From Rhodosorus marinus CCMP1338 (taxonomy: Eukaryota > Plantae > Rhodophyta), in the NCBI GenBank assembly GCA_029953675.1, contig JAMWBK010000002.1, forward strand, positions 1 to 64,000: 64,000 bases of DNA, in the 5' to 3' direction. Under the pieces are notes generated by a model. The model was not told the DNA's origin and did no database searches. It saw nothing but the letters and a program-made list of their open reading frames with translations. Both the position numbers and the translations under genes were made by a program. Positions 20,521 through 33,009 of the stretch are shown piece by piece; positions within the stretch are counted from its first letter, which is position 1, and each line of letters opens with the position of its first letter.

Positions 20521-20843
20521 GCCGTACCCAGAGCCTCTTGTGATCGCGGGCCCACACACCTCGGGTACCCGCGAGATGGAGAGGGAGAAAGAACTGCTAC
20601 AAGAGCAGCAGCAGCAGCAGCAGCAACAGGACCAGCACAAGGGAGCAGCACAGGAAGGAGAGAGGGGAACACCTTGCAACGGAGCAGGCCACAGCAGACC
20701 CAGCTGTCGCCTTTCTCCACCAGCTGCACAGCTACGACCAGTGCTACCAAGCGCTGGGAATCGGCCAGTCGGACATCGCCGACTTCTACCAGGCCGCCTT
20801 CAACCTCTATTCCCGCATCAACTGCTCAAAAGAACTTCAATCA

Positions 20844-22082
20844 GTGACAGGACGTCTGAATGAGCTCGCCAAAAAACCGCATATGTGGCAAGACGGACGA
20901 GCCACTACGACCCCGCCTCAACCCCCGCAGCAGCACCCGCGGACGGCCGCGGTCAATCAACATGCGGCAGAACCCATCATCAATCAACTTGCGGAGGGGA
21001 CAGGTGTCCTTGCCTTACTGGACTATGCCACGGCCTTCCCTGTTGCCGGTACCAGCAGCACACGGCCAACGTACGCTCAGAGGACTGCCCAAAGTACTCC
21101 AGCTCGAGAATCAGAGGCTCAACTCCGACCAGCCGGGCGCCCGGGCCCACAGAGCCAGCAGGCAGCGCTGCGACAGTTGCAGGCCACTGTGGGAGGGTCC
21201 TCCTGGGGACCTGAGACCAAGCCGGTACTGGCGACCCTGAGGAATGTAAGACCGCCACGGATGGACGAGGTAGCCCCATCGGATTTCACCACGGTCCTTT
21301 GCAGAGCCTTGGGGATTCCGAGCTCTTATGTGGCGCACGTGGACTTCATCGCTTCCCATGCGTGCTTACTCTGCCATCCGGACGCGATTCCGATTCTACA
21401 AAGCGCCATCTCTCGGGGCGTTTTCAGGACGGGCATCTTCGGTTCGTTCACCCAGAGACACCCCGATCGGCAAGTGACTCTCTACACGGGCCAGGCACTG
21501 GATACAGACAACGTGTTGGGCTATAATGAACGTCAGCTCATTGCCCCAGCGAATATCGGGGCTCAGACCCTGAAACGGGCGATTGAACAGACTATCCGGA
21601 TCCGCGCGAGACTTCACAGAAGGCAACTCCCGTTCAACACACTCGCAGCGATACACGAGTACCTGGAGAGCAGACTCGGAGCCCTACAAGCCACACAACA
21701 TACTCCAACGGTACCCGGGGAGAGCGCGGAACCCCCAGCGCCTGCAGCCGCCACGAACGCAGACCCTGAAGCCTCGTCCCTTCCAGGGGATGTACAGGCA
21801 GACCGTGGAAGAGTTAACGCCCCGGTTGAGACCAGTGCGACTTCCCAAGTACCTGACAACGCAGCACACGAGGACAATCCCCATGCGGAGCTCCTCTGCA
21901 ACCTTCCGGAGCCACCTCAACAGAAGCGCTCGCGAGTAGCCGCCGATGGCACCGGACCGGATACTGAGATGACTCCGGCAGCCGTGGAGACTCCACAGGA
22001 TACCACTGGGACACAGGTTGCCGTTGACGGCAACCATCACGCGATGGACACGCAGGAGAGCCAGGAAAACCCAGCGCAATAA
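20844..22082 (+). CDS. Family A ORF1 (gag-like), C-terminal 412 aa open; polyQ-containing N-terminus upstream is frameshifted
   Basis: Homologous to 3625-4665 and 48268-49907. Its stop overlaps the ORF2 start (TAATG, 22080-22084). Confidence 0.75.
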   Translation: MTGRLNELAKKPHMWQDGRATTTPPQPPQQHPRTAAVNQHAAEPIINQLAEGTGVLALLDYATAFPVAGTSSTRPTYAQRTAQSTPARESEAQLRPAGRPGPQSQQAALRQLQATVGGSSWGPETKPVLATLRNVRPPRMDEVAPSDFTTVLCRALGIPSSYVAHVDFIASHACLLCHPDAIPILQSAISRGVFRTGIFGSFTQRHPDRQVTLYTGQALDTDNVLGYNERQLIAPANIGAQTLKRAIEQTIRIRARLHRRQLPFNTLAAIHEYLESRLGALQATQHTPTVPGESAEPPAPAAATNADPEASSLPGDVQADRGRVNAPVETSATSQVPDNAAHEDNPHAELLCNLPEPPQQKRSRVAADGTGPDTEMTPAAVETPQDTTGTQVAVDGNHHAMDTQESQENPAQ

Positions 22083-22950
22083 TGCCGAGCAGACGTAGGG
22101 GAATCAAACGACGCCGCGAAGAGCTTCTATTCTTCTCGGATCGTCAAGACTGGATCAGGCGGTGGAGCGTCTTCGTCGACGACGTCACGGAAGGAGGCAG
22201 GCAGTGGACGCGCCTTACACACTGCCCGGTTCCCACACGGCGATTTGTGCCACGCGCCCAGGTTCACACATGGAGCTGCCTCTTCCGTGCTGCATTAGAG
22301 CTCTCTATGGACAGCACCGAACCAGCAAACGCCAGCCTGCTTCTTGTCGGACTTCCAGGTCTTGTCCTTGGACACTCTGCGCTTGATGTTGGCATTCAGG
22401 TATCGCATGTGCTTGAAGGAGAATTCTCTACGGTCTGGAGCGCTCTAGAGGACAAGGCGTCTATGCTGTCGCATACTACCGCACCGCAAGGAGCTGAAGC
22501 GGTTCGACGCAAACATCTCGGGCGCCACAAGCGAGCGCTGAAACTAGCACACCTTGGCCGCATTTCAGATGCAGCTCGGAGCCTACAGGCCACCGAAATG
22601 GCACCTTTTACCGCGGCTACGTGGAGACAACTACAAGCGCTCTTTCCCAACCCGGCGGAAGGGCAAATGGCACAAGAGTTCCTCGGCGACAGCTGCAAAC
22701 ACCTACTGCACAGGAGTGAGGAGCTGAGAGACGTGAGATCCCAGATAAACCGGCAACTATGGCGAGGTAACGCAGAGATAGCATTAGGCGCTTTGCGCGT
22801 GGACCAGCTGGAGAACCCGCTGGTGCCTGTTTTTTCTTTTGAACGTAGCATGAGACCCCGGTAGCGGGGTTCCAGTAAGTTTTTCCCTAGATAGGATTAG
22901 ACGTAGTGTTGCGCTGCAGTAGGCAGCTGCCCAGTAAAGCTTACGGTTAC
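22082..22950 (+). mobile_element. Internally deleted family A ORF2 (RT N-terminus fused in frame to RLE C-terminus) plus 3' UTR
   Basis: ...QALFPNPAEG|QMAQEFL..., junction at ~22662. About 2.3-2.4 kb is missing relative to 45043-49977. Tail followed by GTTAGTCTG. Confidence 0.85.
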
Positions 22951-22959
22951 GTTAGTCTG

Positions 22960-23235
22960 AGACTTTTGGTCGAATGGGCCAGGCAAGCCTTGAATTTCTT
23001 CGAACGGCGAGCGCGCACCTGCATGATCGTGACTCCCATCTATCGTCGGTGAGGGGTCAACTAAACCGCATTTTGTGGCAGCACAATACTGGGCTAGTAG
23101 AGCACGCGATCGAGAAAGATCGCGCAGATAGACCGATATTTCCCCTAAGCAGAATTTAGATGAGACTCCTGGACAGGGAGTCTAGGTTTGGTTAGTGCGT
23201 ACGTAGTGATCGTGTGATGCGCTACATTAGGTGAA
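22960..23235 (+). mobile_element. Family C-related 3' fragment
   Basis: MGQASLEFLR...FPLSRI*, similar to 19740-19941. The 3' UTR begins with an AGACTCCT-GGAC-AGGGAGTCT hairpin. Confidence 0.85.
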
Positions 23236-26200
23236 TTGGACTTTACTAGCATAGCCTGAAGCGCTACGCAAGGCGTGAAGATGAACTAATAACTAGGGAG
23301 GCAAGCATGCAACCCCAGGCGCCGATGGCGCGCCTCGGAAAGCATGTCGCTGGAATATCGCCAAAGGGAGACACTTAAACGCCTCAAGAGCGCCAAATAT
23401 TCAGTAGGATGCTCAGCAAAACATTTCCGCAACCACTCTAAACCCGACTTATCCACGTGACCAAAGCTTTCCACAATGAATGGCTGGAACCGGTGAGAGC
23501 GACCCTCAGCGCAGGGCAGACTGGCCATGCTCTCAGCATACCGTCGTTCCTTAACTCTTCGAAGGGCTGAAGCCGCGGCCCCCCGGCGGCGGGCGGCTGC
23601 GGTGAGGTGGGCGCTGGCCACGGGGCAGGTAATCGCAAGGTCCACATATGTTGAGCGTCTGGCAGCAGCGTCGGAGACGAGGAGATCGGCTATACAACGG
23701 GGCGGTGCAGAGTCCGAGATGGATCTGGGCAGTTCCGACTCAACCTCAACCGTATGCCCTATCCGAGTCAAAAATTCGCTGAGGATGTACTTGAGGCGAG
23801 AGTGACGCCTCGTACGGAGACCTCGCAACAGTCCGCAGGAACCCAGGAAGTGGTAGCCACAAGCGTCAATCCGGCTCTCACATCCCTGACAGAAAGACGG
23901 CCGATTAGAGTGCCACGGAGCCTGTGGCAAACCGAGATAGATCCGTGCGGCAGAACGGAACTGGAAAGCATCGAGACGATGACTCAATGACGACGGTAGA
24001 GTGGTTAACCACAAGTGCGAGAGGTGGCCTCCCATGCCGCGGAGACGAGCGGCAGTGGTCGGCGGCGTGAGAGGAGAATTGAGCATGACTGTGTGAGCGG
24101 CACTGTGTTGGCCCCAGGCGAGGTTATGTTGAATCACATCAGTGCGGGAGCTCCACAATCGGCTCAAACCCGGGTAGTATGCAACAGGGGACCCGGGGCT
24201 AGCCTCTCCGTCATCGGCAAGAACTCGGTCGAGGGGACAATCCTCAATCGCTTCAGCTCGTCCCCATAACAGCTCCCTCCAGGAACGAAAGCGGGACCGA
24301 TTTGCGTCCGGCACGGCGTTGCACCTCCTGAACGTGTGTTGAAGACCATCATAAATTGTCAAAAGCGGGGGCGGCAGGGTCACTGGATCCTCGTTGGTCA
24401 AAGCTCGAGCCAAGAGGGAGGCACTTCGCATCTGGAAGGTCACCAACGTTCGCAGCGCGGTAGCCCAGGAGGCAACCGCCGCTGGCGAGCATACCAGCCC
24501 ACGGTCTGCGACGCCGAATCCCCCTAATCGCAACGGTAGAGCGATCTGTGCACGAATTAAGTCCCTGTCGGGAGCAGCTTCAAGATCGAGGGGCTCATCC
24601 AAGAGCGTTCCCCAGTGTTGCAGGGTCATTTCGTCGGCTTTAGCCGCGATCCACGAGCCCCAAGCTGGAGGCAGGCTGCGCAACCAGTAGTTGAGTCTGG
24701 GACCGGCACAAAAGCGGGAAAGCAAGCAGGCCGATTGCAGCATGCTGTCGGGTAGGTGCTCCATGGCGTCGGTGAGTTGCTTGTGCCGTGCCAAAACTCG
24801 CTCGCAGGATGCTTGGACAAAGTTGTCAGTCCCCAATCCGACGCCGTGGTGTTCGAACCCTTCACGTTCGCTGATTAGTCGCAGAGTGGGTGGCAGAGAG
24901 TTCAGCGACACGTCCCTCGGGGGGAGAAAGCGACATTTTTCTGTTTCCACAGTCAAACCGACGCGACGTGCAATCGCTTCGATCGCGGTCAGTCCCCTAG
25001 CTAGGGTGTCAGGGGTGCCCAGCAATTTTACGTCATCGTGGTACGCGCAGATTCGAAGATCCGAGACCTCAGTCGAAAGACGTAAAAGTACGAGCTGTAG
25101 GGCACAGGCATGAAGAAGAGGTCCGCAAGGGTCGCCTTGTTGGACGCCAGTATGTGCTTGAAAAACAGTGCCCTCCGTTGTCAAGTAGGGAAGGCTCTCC
25201 CCTCCGTAAATACCCGATAGAAACGGCCACGCCTCCGGAAACACACGTCGGAGCACCTCTAGCGCATGCGTCCGCGACACGCTGTTGAATGCGTTCCGGA
25301 AACCAACCACCAAGACTCCCCACTCCGGCCTACTGGCGCGTTCTAGCTCGATCCCATGGGTGATCAGTTCGCAACCCCCAGAAAATCCCACCCCTACTTG
25401 CAAGGGCGCCATAAAAGCTGTGACGCGCTGGCGAAGGCGCTGGCATAGCCAGCGCCTTCGGGGCCGGTGGTTGGCCACTCGTGCGGATGCTGAAAGTTTC
25501 CGTGACCTGGGGTATTTTCTCGATGAAGAGCTGAGCGCTCTGCCGCGACCCACCTGTGATGTTGTGCGCGCCCAGGTAGGCCTCCCATTGCGATTGGGGG
25601 GACTGGGCCTCTGCAATCGTGTTGTGGTCCAACCTGCAGCTGCAGTAGGGGCCTGGGGAACCGCACTTCCCACTTTGAGCAGCTTGGGTATCTCGAAGTT
25701 CCGCAATTTGATGGCGAGCCTCTCGCGGGGTGTCTTGCTTCCCAGCGTACCGGAAAGCGCCCAAGACTTGTTTCTGGAGCTCCAAACCGCCCTGAATTCC
25801 TGTACTAGTCTCCCCGAAACCGTTCAACCCCGTCTTCCTGACTGGCGAGCTGTATTTGACCGCTCTCGAGGCTCCGCCCCGGGGATTCGTCCTGCGCCTG
25901 AACCTGTTCTAGGGGAGATTGACCCAGTGGTTGCCGCAGAAGAAGAAGTTCCAGTTGATCCTCCTGATGATTCCCAGCGCGCTGGGAGCCGAGCTCAAGC
26001 ACGCACGGATGCGCTGCAAAATATCCTTTCTTGGGACTTGCAGCGTGCTGCGTATGGCCGACTCCTCGCGCAGATGGTCTCATCTTCTCGCGCTCGCGCC
26101 CGCCTACGTAGTCTTGGAGGGGTTATTAGCTCTCAGTGGCTCATGACCGTACCAGCCTTTCCGCCACTCACACTGTCGGATTTCGAAGTGCGTACTTCAC

Positions 26201-27860
26201 TGCGCTTATACCTCGGCTTACATCAGCCCCCTTGGCCGTACGAGATGGGTTCGTCGTGCCCTCTCTGCTCTCAGACTGAAGACAACGCAGATTTTGGCGC
26301 CCACCTGCTCGCTAGTTGCCCGGCGGTGAAAGGTGCTCGAACCCGCCGCCACACACGGATCTTGAACCTGTTATACCGGGAACTTCGGCCTATAGTCCGG
26401 CAAGCCGGTCTGGAAATCGAACGTGAGAAACCTTTACCCGTCGCGGACTTTCAAAATGATGAACGCCGTGTAGCCGACCTGGTGATCACCTGTGACGACA
26501 GCCGCCGTACCACATACGTTGATCTTGCTGTTCCTAACCCTCAAGCTAGTCGTTATCTCCCGGCTGCGGGGGAGCGCCGTGGATCTGCCGCCACCAGCAT
26601 GAGACGCCGCAAAGAGATCAAATACGCGGGGGCTTTGTCTTCCCCTGGTGTTCGTGCTTCGGCATTAGCACATCGCTTGGTACCCCTGATCATTGAGTGC
26701 TTTGGGTTCATGGACTCTGTTGGTTCTCGCTGGCTTCGGGAGTTGTTCCGCGAACGCCCTGACCGTCTTCAATCGTTGTTTACCCGCTTAAGTTTCCTGC
26801 TGTGGCGCATGAATGCCGCTTTGATGTTGGAGGCGCGAGTACTTCGCCGCGCTTAGTCTTTTTTTCCCCTCGGGGTTTTTTTTTCAGCCTCCGATTAAAC
26901 CATTCGTTCGTTCGGCATAGCCACCTCCCGGCTAACTTCCGTAGGCTCTCCACCATCCCGATCGGCCGGAGACGCGGGTGGGCCGGCTGGTGGTCAGGTT
27001 TCGTGAGCAAGCAAAGCTGTGCCTGCCGGAGATGTTCCCATGGCGCAGACGCACCCGATACGCCCTGGAACAACTTGTTAAGGATCCTCAGAAGCGCGCT
27101 CTTGCCAGGCTGGCTCAGGGCCTGCAATAGCTCTGTTCTTAGTCCGGAGGGTCCGGGACAGCGTCCCCGACACGAGGTACGAAGCAAATCCTCCAGGTCA
27201 GACTCACTGAGCGTCAGATCGATGCGAAACCTGGCCAACTCCGGACGGTCCAAGAATACCTCGAATTCAGGGGACAAATCCACGTCGGACTCAGGGAACA
27301 AAGACGACACCGTCTGGGCGAGACTATCATCGTAGCGGAGGACAGGCGCCTGGCCCTCCAAAACCCGCGCCGCTCGACTTAAATCGCCCACTGCTACCAA
27401 TTTCTGTACTCGAGCCGGCACGGGCGACACTGTGCCATGCCGAGTCCGACGGGCGGATGGTGCTGACGACCCCAAATAGCTGCGCTGTAGTACTTCGAAG
27501 TCTCCCTTCAAGAACAGGGCCAGTCGGTCTCGTACTCGCCATCTGCGCTCCGATGTGTGAATGGGGGCCAGAATCAGGCGCGGCATGACCCCCAGAAAAA
27601 CCCAAATGACTGTGTCCCGAATGTTGCGAGCCAGGCTCGTGAAGATGAAATCGAGAATGGTTCCAGCTACTAGAAGGTCTCCACGAGGAAGGACGACTGG
27701 GGGAATGCCCCCACGAGGGGAAGCGAGCCTCCTTCCAAAGAAATCCACCGCCGGAGCCAACTCCGAAAACGCGTACGCCAAATGCCCCAGTCTCCGCCCT
27801 CCTTCAGGACATAAGACTGTAGATCCATAGGCTGCAACCTCGCAGCCGTGCCTGGAGCGC
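23236..27860 (-). mobile_element. Family F non-LTR element (RT-CCHC-RLE) interrupted by an antisense family B insertion
   Basis: RT N-part 26924-27781 (CPGPSGLRTELL, RLRPIGMVESLRKLAGRWLC) continues after the insert as WLCQRL..PLQVGVG, FRNAFN, TGVQQGDPCGP, AYHDDV, then RLE, ACLPSY*. Confidence 0.9.
25452..26913 (+). mobile_element. 5'-truncated family B element with a 10-bp target-site duplication
   Basis: TSD GGCATAGCCA at 25442-25451 and 26914-26923. GLPLRLGGLG, CPLC...H...C..RRH, VADLVIT..TYVDLAV, ends with a TTCG tail. Confidence 0.9.
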
Positions 27861-27881
27861 TAATCGTGCTTCTCCCCCTCA

Positions 27882-29075
27882 CTGGACTTTACTAGCATAG
27901 CCTGAAGCGCTACGCAAGGCGTGAAGATGAACCAATAACTAGGGAGGCAAGCATGCAACCCCAGGCGCCGATGGCGCGCCTCGGAAAGCATGTCGCTGGA
28001 ATATCGCCAAAGGGAGACACTTAAACGCCTCAAGAGCGCCAAATATTCAGTAGGATGCTCAGCAAAACATTTCCGCAACCACTCTAAACCCGACTTATCC
28101 ACGTGACCAAAGCTTTCCACAATGAATGGCTGGAACCGGTGAGAGCGACCCTCAGCGCAGGGCAGACTGGCCATGCTCTCAGCATACCGTCGTTCCTTAA
28201 CTCTTCGAAGGGCTGAAGCCGCGGCCCCCCGGCGGCGGGCGGCTGCGGTGAGGTGGGCGCTGGCCACGGGGCAGGTAATCGCAAGGTCCACATATGTTGA
28301 GCGTCTGGCAGCAGCGTCGGAGACGAGGAGATCGGCTATACAACGGGGCGGTGCAGAGTCCGGAGATGGATCTGGGCAGTTCCGACTCAACCTCAACCGT
28401 ATGCCCTATCCGAGTCAAAGATTCGCTGAGGATGTACTTGAGGCGAGTGTGACGCCTCGTACGGAGACCTCGCAACAGTCCGCAGGAACCCAGGAAGTGG
28501 TAGCCACAAGCGTCAATCCGGCTCTCACATCCCTGACAGAAAGACGGCCGATTAGAGTGCCACGGAGCCTGTGGCAAACCGAGATAGATCCGTGCGGCAG
28601 AACGGAACTGGAAAGCATCGAGACGATGACTCAATGACGACTGTAGAGTGGTTAACCACAAGTGCGAGAGGTGGCCTCCCATGCCGCGGAGACGAGCGGC
28701 AGTGGTAGGCGGCGTGAGAGGAGAATTGAGCATGACTGTGTGAGCGGCACTGTGTTGGCCCCAGGTGAGGCTATGTTGAATCACATCAGTGCGGGAGCTC
28801 CACAATCGGCTCAAACCCGGGTAGTCTGCAACAGGGGACCCGGGGCTAGCCTCTCCGTCATCGGCAAGAACTCGGTCGAGGGGACAATCCTCAATCGCTT
28901 CAGCTCGTCCCCATAACAGCTCCCTCCAGGAACGAAAGCGGGACCGATTTGCGTCCGGCACGGCGTTGCACCTCCTGAACGCGTGTTGAAGACCATCATA
29001 AATTGTCAAAAGCGGGGGCGGCAGGGTCACTGGATCCTCGTTGGTCAAAGCTCGAGCCAAGAGGCAGGCACAACC
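27882..29075 (-). mobile_element. Third family F 3' copy, frameshifted
   Basis: Near-identical to 23236-24415, with a 1-nt insertion near 28362. Confidence 0.88.
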
Positions 29076-29149
29076 TCCCTTCACTAAGGCTACCTGGAGC
29101 CAACTCCAAGGACTGGGGTTGCGGGTTTACGTTAGTCTGGGGTTAGACT

Positions 29150-30069
29150 ACGGAGGAGTGTACTCGATGCCGTGGTAAACACGGTGCAAATGGAGTACAA
29201 CGCTTTCATCATTGCCCCACGTCGACTGGGCTGTGGCAACGTAGGCATGACGAGATATGCACGGAGATCGCAAGGTGGCTGAACAGCTGGAACTTTCTAG
29301 ACATCGAACAGGAGCCAGAGAAGTACTTTGAAAAGTACGGGCTACGGCCAGACATCATTGCTACGCATCCGAGGACGTTGCAACGGTATGCGCTGGACGT
29401 GACGGTTGTGTCTCCTCTGCAAGGGAAGTATCTGAGGCGTAGGGAGGGGGAGAATGGATATGCAGCAAGATGTGCAGAGAGCTGGACGAAAGCGCACTAC
29501 AAGGAGGCGATGAAGATAGAGCACCCGGATGACAAGTTGATCCCATTTGCGGTAGAAAGGTTTGGGCGGACGGGAAAGATGGCGCAGGAGTTTCTGCGGG
29601 ACAGCTGCAAACACCTATTGCGCAGGAGCGAGGAGCTGAGCGATGTAAGATTGCAGATCAACCGGCAACTTTGGCGAGGTAATGCGGAGATAGCGATAGG
29701 CCTCAAAACCAACAGCATACACCCTGCTATCTTCAAATACCCTGTTCTCAATGAATGCTGCTACCCCAGACTAACGTTTCTGGGGTTGTAGGGTAAGAAT
29801 TTCTACGAGATAGCTGCAAGCATTTGTTGCACCGGAGCCTAGAACTGAGCGATGTTCGGGCTCAAATCAACAAGAAATTATGGCAGGGGAACGCGGAGAT
29901 AGCGATAGGCGCTGTCCGAGTGGACCAGTTGGCGAATCCACTGGTCCCTGTTTTTTTCTTTAGAACGTAGCATGAGACCCCGGTAGCGGGGTTAGCGTAA
30001 GCTTTTTCCTCGATAGTAGTAGCACTAGTGACTCGCTCCAGTAGGCAGCTGCCCAGTAAAGTTTACGGT
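29150..30069 (+). mobile_element. Family A-related RLE fragments and variant 3' tail
   Basis: YALDVTVVSPLQGKYLRR, QEFLRDSCKHLL, tail ...CAGTAAAGTTTACGGT. Preceded by a motif tract at 29127-29145. Confidence 0.8.
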
Positions 30070-30101
30070 AACCGTAACCTTTACTGGGCAGCTGCCTACT
30101 G
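30039..30101. repeat. Inverted repeat formed by two family A tails joined tail-to-tail
   Basis: 31-bp arms (one mismatch) around a single A at 30070. Confidence 0.9.
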
Positions 30102-30169
30102 CAGCGCAGCACGGATTCTATCACGATCTACCCCCAGACTAACGGACAACACAGCCGGCCTCTCCTGGA

Positions 30170-30360
30170 GTACGGATCCAGAGAAGCCTCTTCCGAAGCA
30201 GATCGACATCCAGTATCAGTACGCCAGACAGCAGCACGACCGGAGCAGCTGCCAATTCCTCTACATCCCGACCCAGGAACAAGTCGCGGACATACTCACC
30301 AAGGCGCTAGAGACAACGAAATTGAACGAGCACCGGACCAAGCCAAGAATCATGAATTAA
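30170..30360 (+). pseudogene. Ty1/Copia RNase H C-terminal fragment
   Basis: KQIDIQYQYARQ...LYIPTQEQVADILTKAL is a typical Copia RNase H ending. Confidence 0.8.
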
Positions 30361-30662
30361 TGCACGTCTCTGCGAGGAGGAGAGTTAACAAATGCAAGAC
30401 GTTGATGCGAAGAGACTCCGAAGCCAAATGAAGATATGTGGACATACTGACGCCAGTAGCCACTGAAGATATGCGGAGACACTGACGCCAGTAGCCAATG
30501 AAGATATGTGGCGACAATGAGGCCAGTTCCATCAATATAATCTTTCTGCCTTTTAGGAAGCTGGAGAGCGATGAGAATCACGACATGATAATCGTCCCAA
30601 GTGTATATGAAGGCTCAGTCAAGTCTCTAGTTAGAGGGGATGCTTGAAGAGACAGGACACAT

Positions 30663-30831
30663 ATAAAATAAGGGATCACATAACTGATCAATGTCAACGG
30701 GGACAAATAAAATAAGGGATCCCATACCTGAACAACGTCAACAGGGACATGTAAAAGAAGGGATCACATACCTGATCAATGTCAACAGGGACATATAAAG
30801 TAAGGGGATCACATACCTCATCAATGTCAAC
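30663..30831. repeat. 44-bp tandem repeat, about 4 copies (possibly within a Copia LTR)
   Basis: ATAAAATAAGGGATCACATAACTGATCAATGTCAACGGGGACAA-type units. A separate ~33-bp repeat lies at 30425-30510. Confidence 0.75.
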
Positions 30832-31906
30832 AGCTTACGAGCCGAGGATAACGCAACAAAGATGGTGGACGCAGTGACGAGTTTTTTGAGACGTCCTAAG
30901 CTCACCGGACCGGATGTTACAAAGACTGGCCGGCGAGCATCGTCGAGAGGCTTAAGCTCGCCGCGCTCTATGATGCTGTGTTCGGCGACGAAGACAACGA
31001 ATCGAAACCAATACGGTCAGCTGCGCTCATTAAACTCAACATTGGAGCGGAAGACATGCTGGCAGCTGAACAAACGTCAGACGCAAAAGAGTTGATGAAC
31101 AAACCGGAGACTAAATACGTAACCGTAACCAAAACGATAGCAGCCCAGATCGACAGACGGGTCGAACTCTGGTACTTGAAAGGGAAGAAATGCTAAGATT
31201 CCAACGAGTACTTTACGAGGATGGAATTACACGAAACTACCTTTCAGTATCGCAGATGACTGCACACGGAGCAGCAGTTATAATGGGAGCTAATGTTGCG
31301 TTGATCAACTCCCAACGGTAAGCTGTGGCCCCTCGACAAGCTACTTTGTATTGTTTGAAATACAGCAATAGAGGCGAGTCTTTAGCCCAATACAATAGCC
31401 CTTTGTACAACATGCGAATTTCTTGCATCCTATTGAATACCCCCCTGGTACGTGAATGTTTGCATTCAGACGTTTCTATTATCAGTCCAGTCCCAGCACA
31501 ACCACAGGCCAATCCACGGCCGGGGTAACCTATGACGTTCCCGATATTAATCGAGCTTGCAGATTGGGAACTGAGGGGGTAGCATTGTTGGACAGAGTCG
31601 ACTACTAACACTGAGGACTCATAAGCACTAGATGTGATTGGGATTCGTAGTTTGTCAGCTACTAGAGCAATAAGGATCAAGCCTGGGTAGGACTAGGGTT
31701 TTTGCACACTTGCACCTGATGAACGTTTTCCCTAACTCCAAAGATCTCAGAGACTGGTATTGCATAATAGTTATCCTAGAAGCCTTCAATTACTGGTTGG
31801 TTCGGTATAAAGTGGTGTATGAGCTGAGGAGATATGACACTCATAAACCTAGCTTTGTTTAACCCTTGCGCCTCGCCGCTTTCGAGAATCTATTATGGTC
31901 TGCAAG

Positions 31907-32107
31907 AATCGGGAGGATAATATGGAGGATAAATCGGGAGGATAAATCGGGAGGGTAAATCGGGAGGATAAATCGGGAGGATAAATCGGGAGGATAAATC
32001 GGGAGGATATATCGGGAGGATATATCGGGAGGATAAATCGGGAGGATAATCGGGAGAATAATCGGGAGGATAATCGGGAGGATAATCGGGAGGATAATCG
32101 GGAGGAT
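31907..32107. repeat. Minisatellite of 13-bp (GGAGGATAAATCG) then 12-bp (GGAGGATAATCG) units
   Basis: Read directly from the sequence. It explains the PPDY and ILPI low-complexity ORFs. Confidence 0.9.
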
Positions 32108-32642
32108 AGCCTGTGGGATAATCGGCAGCATAGAAAAAAAAAAATCGCCCCTGATTTAAGAATGTCCCATCTTTACTTTTCATTTGACATTGATCCAAAA
32201 CTTTTTTGTCGAGAATCTAATTCATTCAATCATATTGCCTTTCTCTTGAAATCGTGAGCTAATTTCGGTGGTATGTACCCTTAAAATCGAGAAAGCATAG
32301 AAAAAAGAAATACGTGCATGTTCCAATACCAAAGCAATGCACGCCTATTCTCGGAGTTAATATCATTAAACAAAAACAACGTTTGTATCATTAAAATTAT
32401 TTGTACGGCGGTCCTAATCCCCGTTTTCTCCGAAATATTTTGTAATCCAATCGTTTTCAGGAACCTCCGACAAGAAAAGTGAATTGGTTTTATCAATTAT
32501 GCTTTTCTGATTTTGTGCTGATTTTGAGCTTCGGTAAGTTTCGTATCCAAACTGCCGCTGAAGGCTTGCATTCAACTCACCGCTCCCGTTGAAACAGAAA
32601 CTGTTCCAGAAGGACTCTGTTTCAGTCCTGCTACATTTCGTG

Positions 32643-33009
32643 GAAGAAAAATTGCTGTATAATTTCCCCTCAAATCATTTTTTAGATTAACAAACCTATT
32701 TTTCGTATGGGTTAGCTCAACATTGACTGCACGGAGCCACACGGACAATTGTTTTGTTCGTTGCGCTTCCAACGGGTTGGGTGGGGGGGGGAGATTGATG
32801 AGGTACAATTGACGGCAGTGGAGTAAGCTCGAAGAAAAATTGCTGTATAATTTCCCCTCAAATCATTTTTTAGATTAACAAACCTATTTTTCGTATGGGT
32901 TAGCTCAACATTGACTGCACGGAGCCACACGGACAATTGTTTTGTTCGTTGCGCTTCCAACGGGTTGGGTGGGGGAGATTGATGAGGTACAATTGACGGC
33001 AGTGGAGTA
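32643..33009. repeat. Tandem duplication of a ~180-bp AT-rich segment
   Basis: 32643-32824 is repeated at 32831-33009. Confidence 0.9.

Noticed and set aside
20594-20625. CAG repeat (polyQ) suggesting a host regulatory gene
   Set aside because: It lies within the N-terminal region of family A ORF1, which aligns with PYPEPLVI...GTRE of 49907 and 44966.
31859-32198. PPDY- and ILPI-repeat ORFs
   Set aside because: Both are translations of the 12/13-bp minisatellite; the mixed period breaks any consistent frame.
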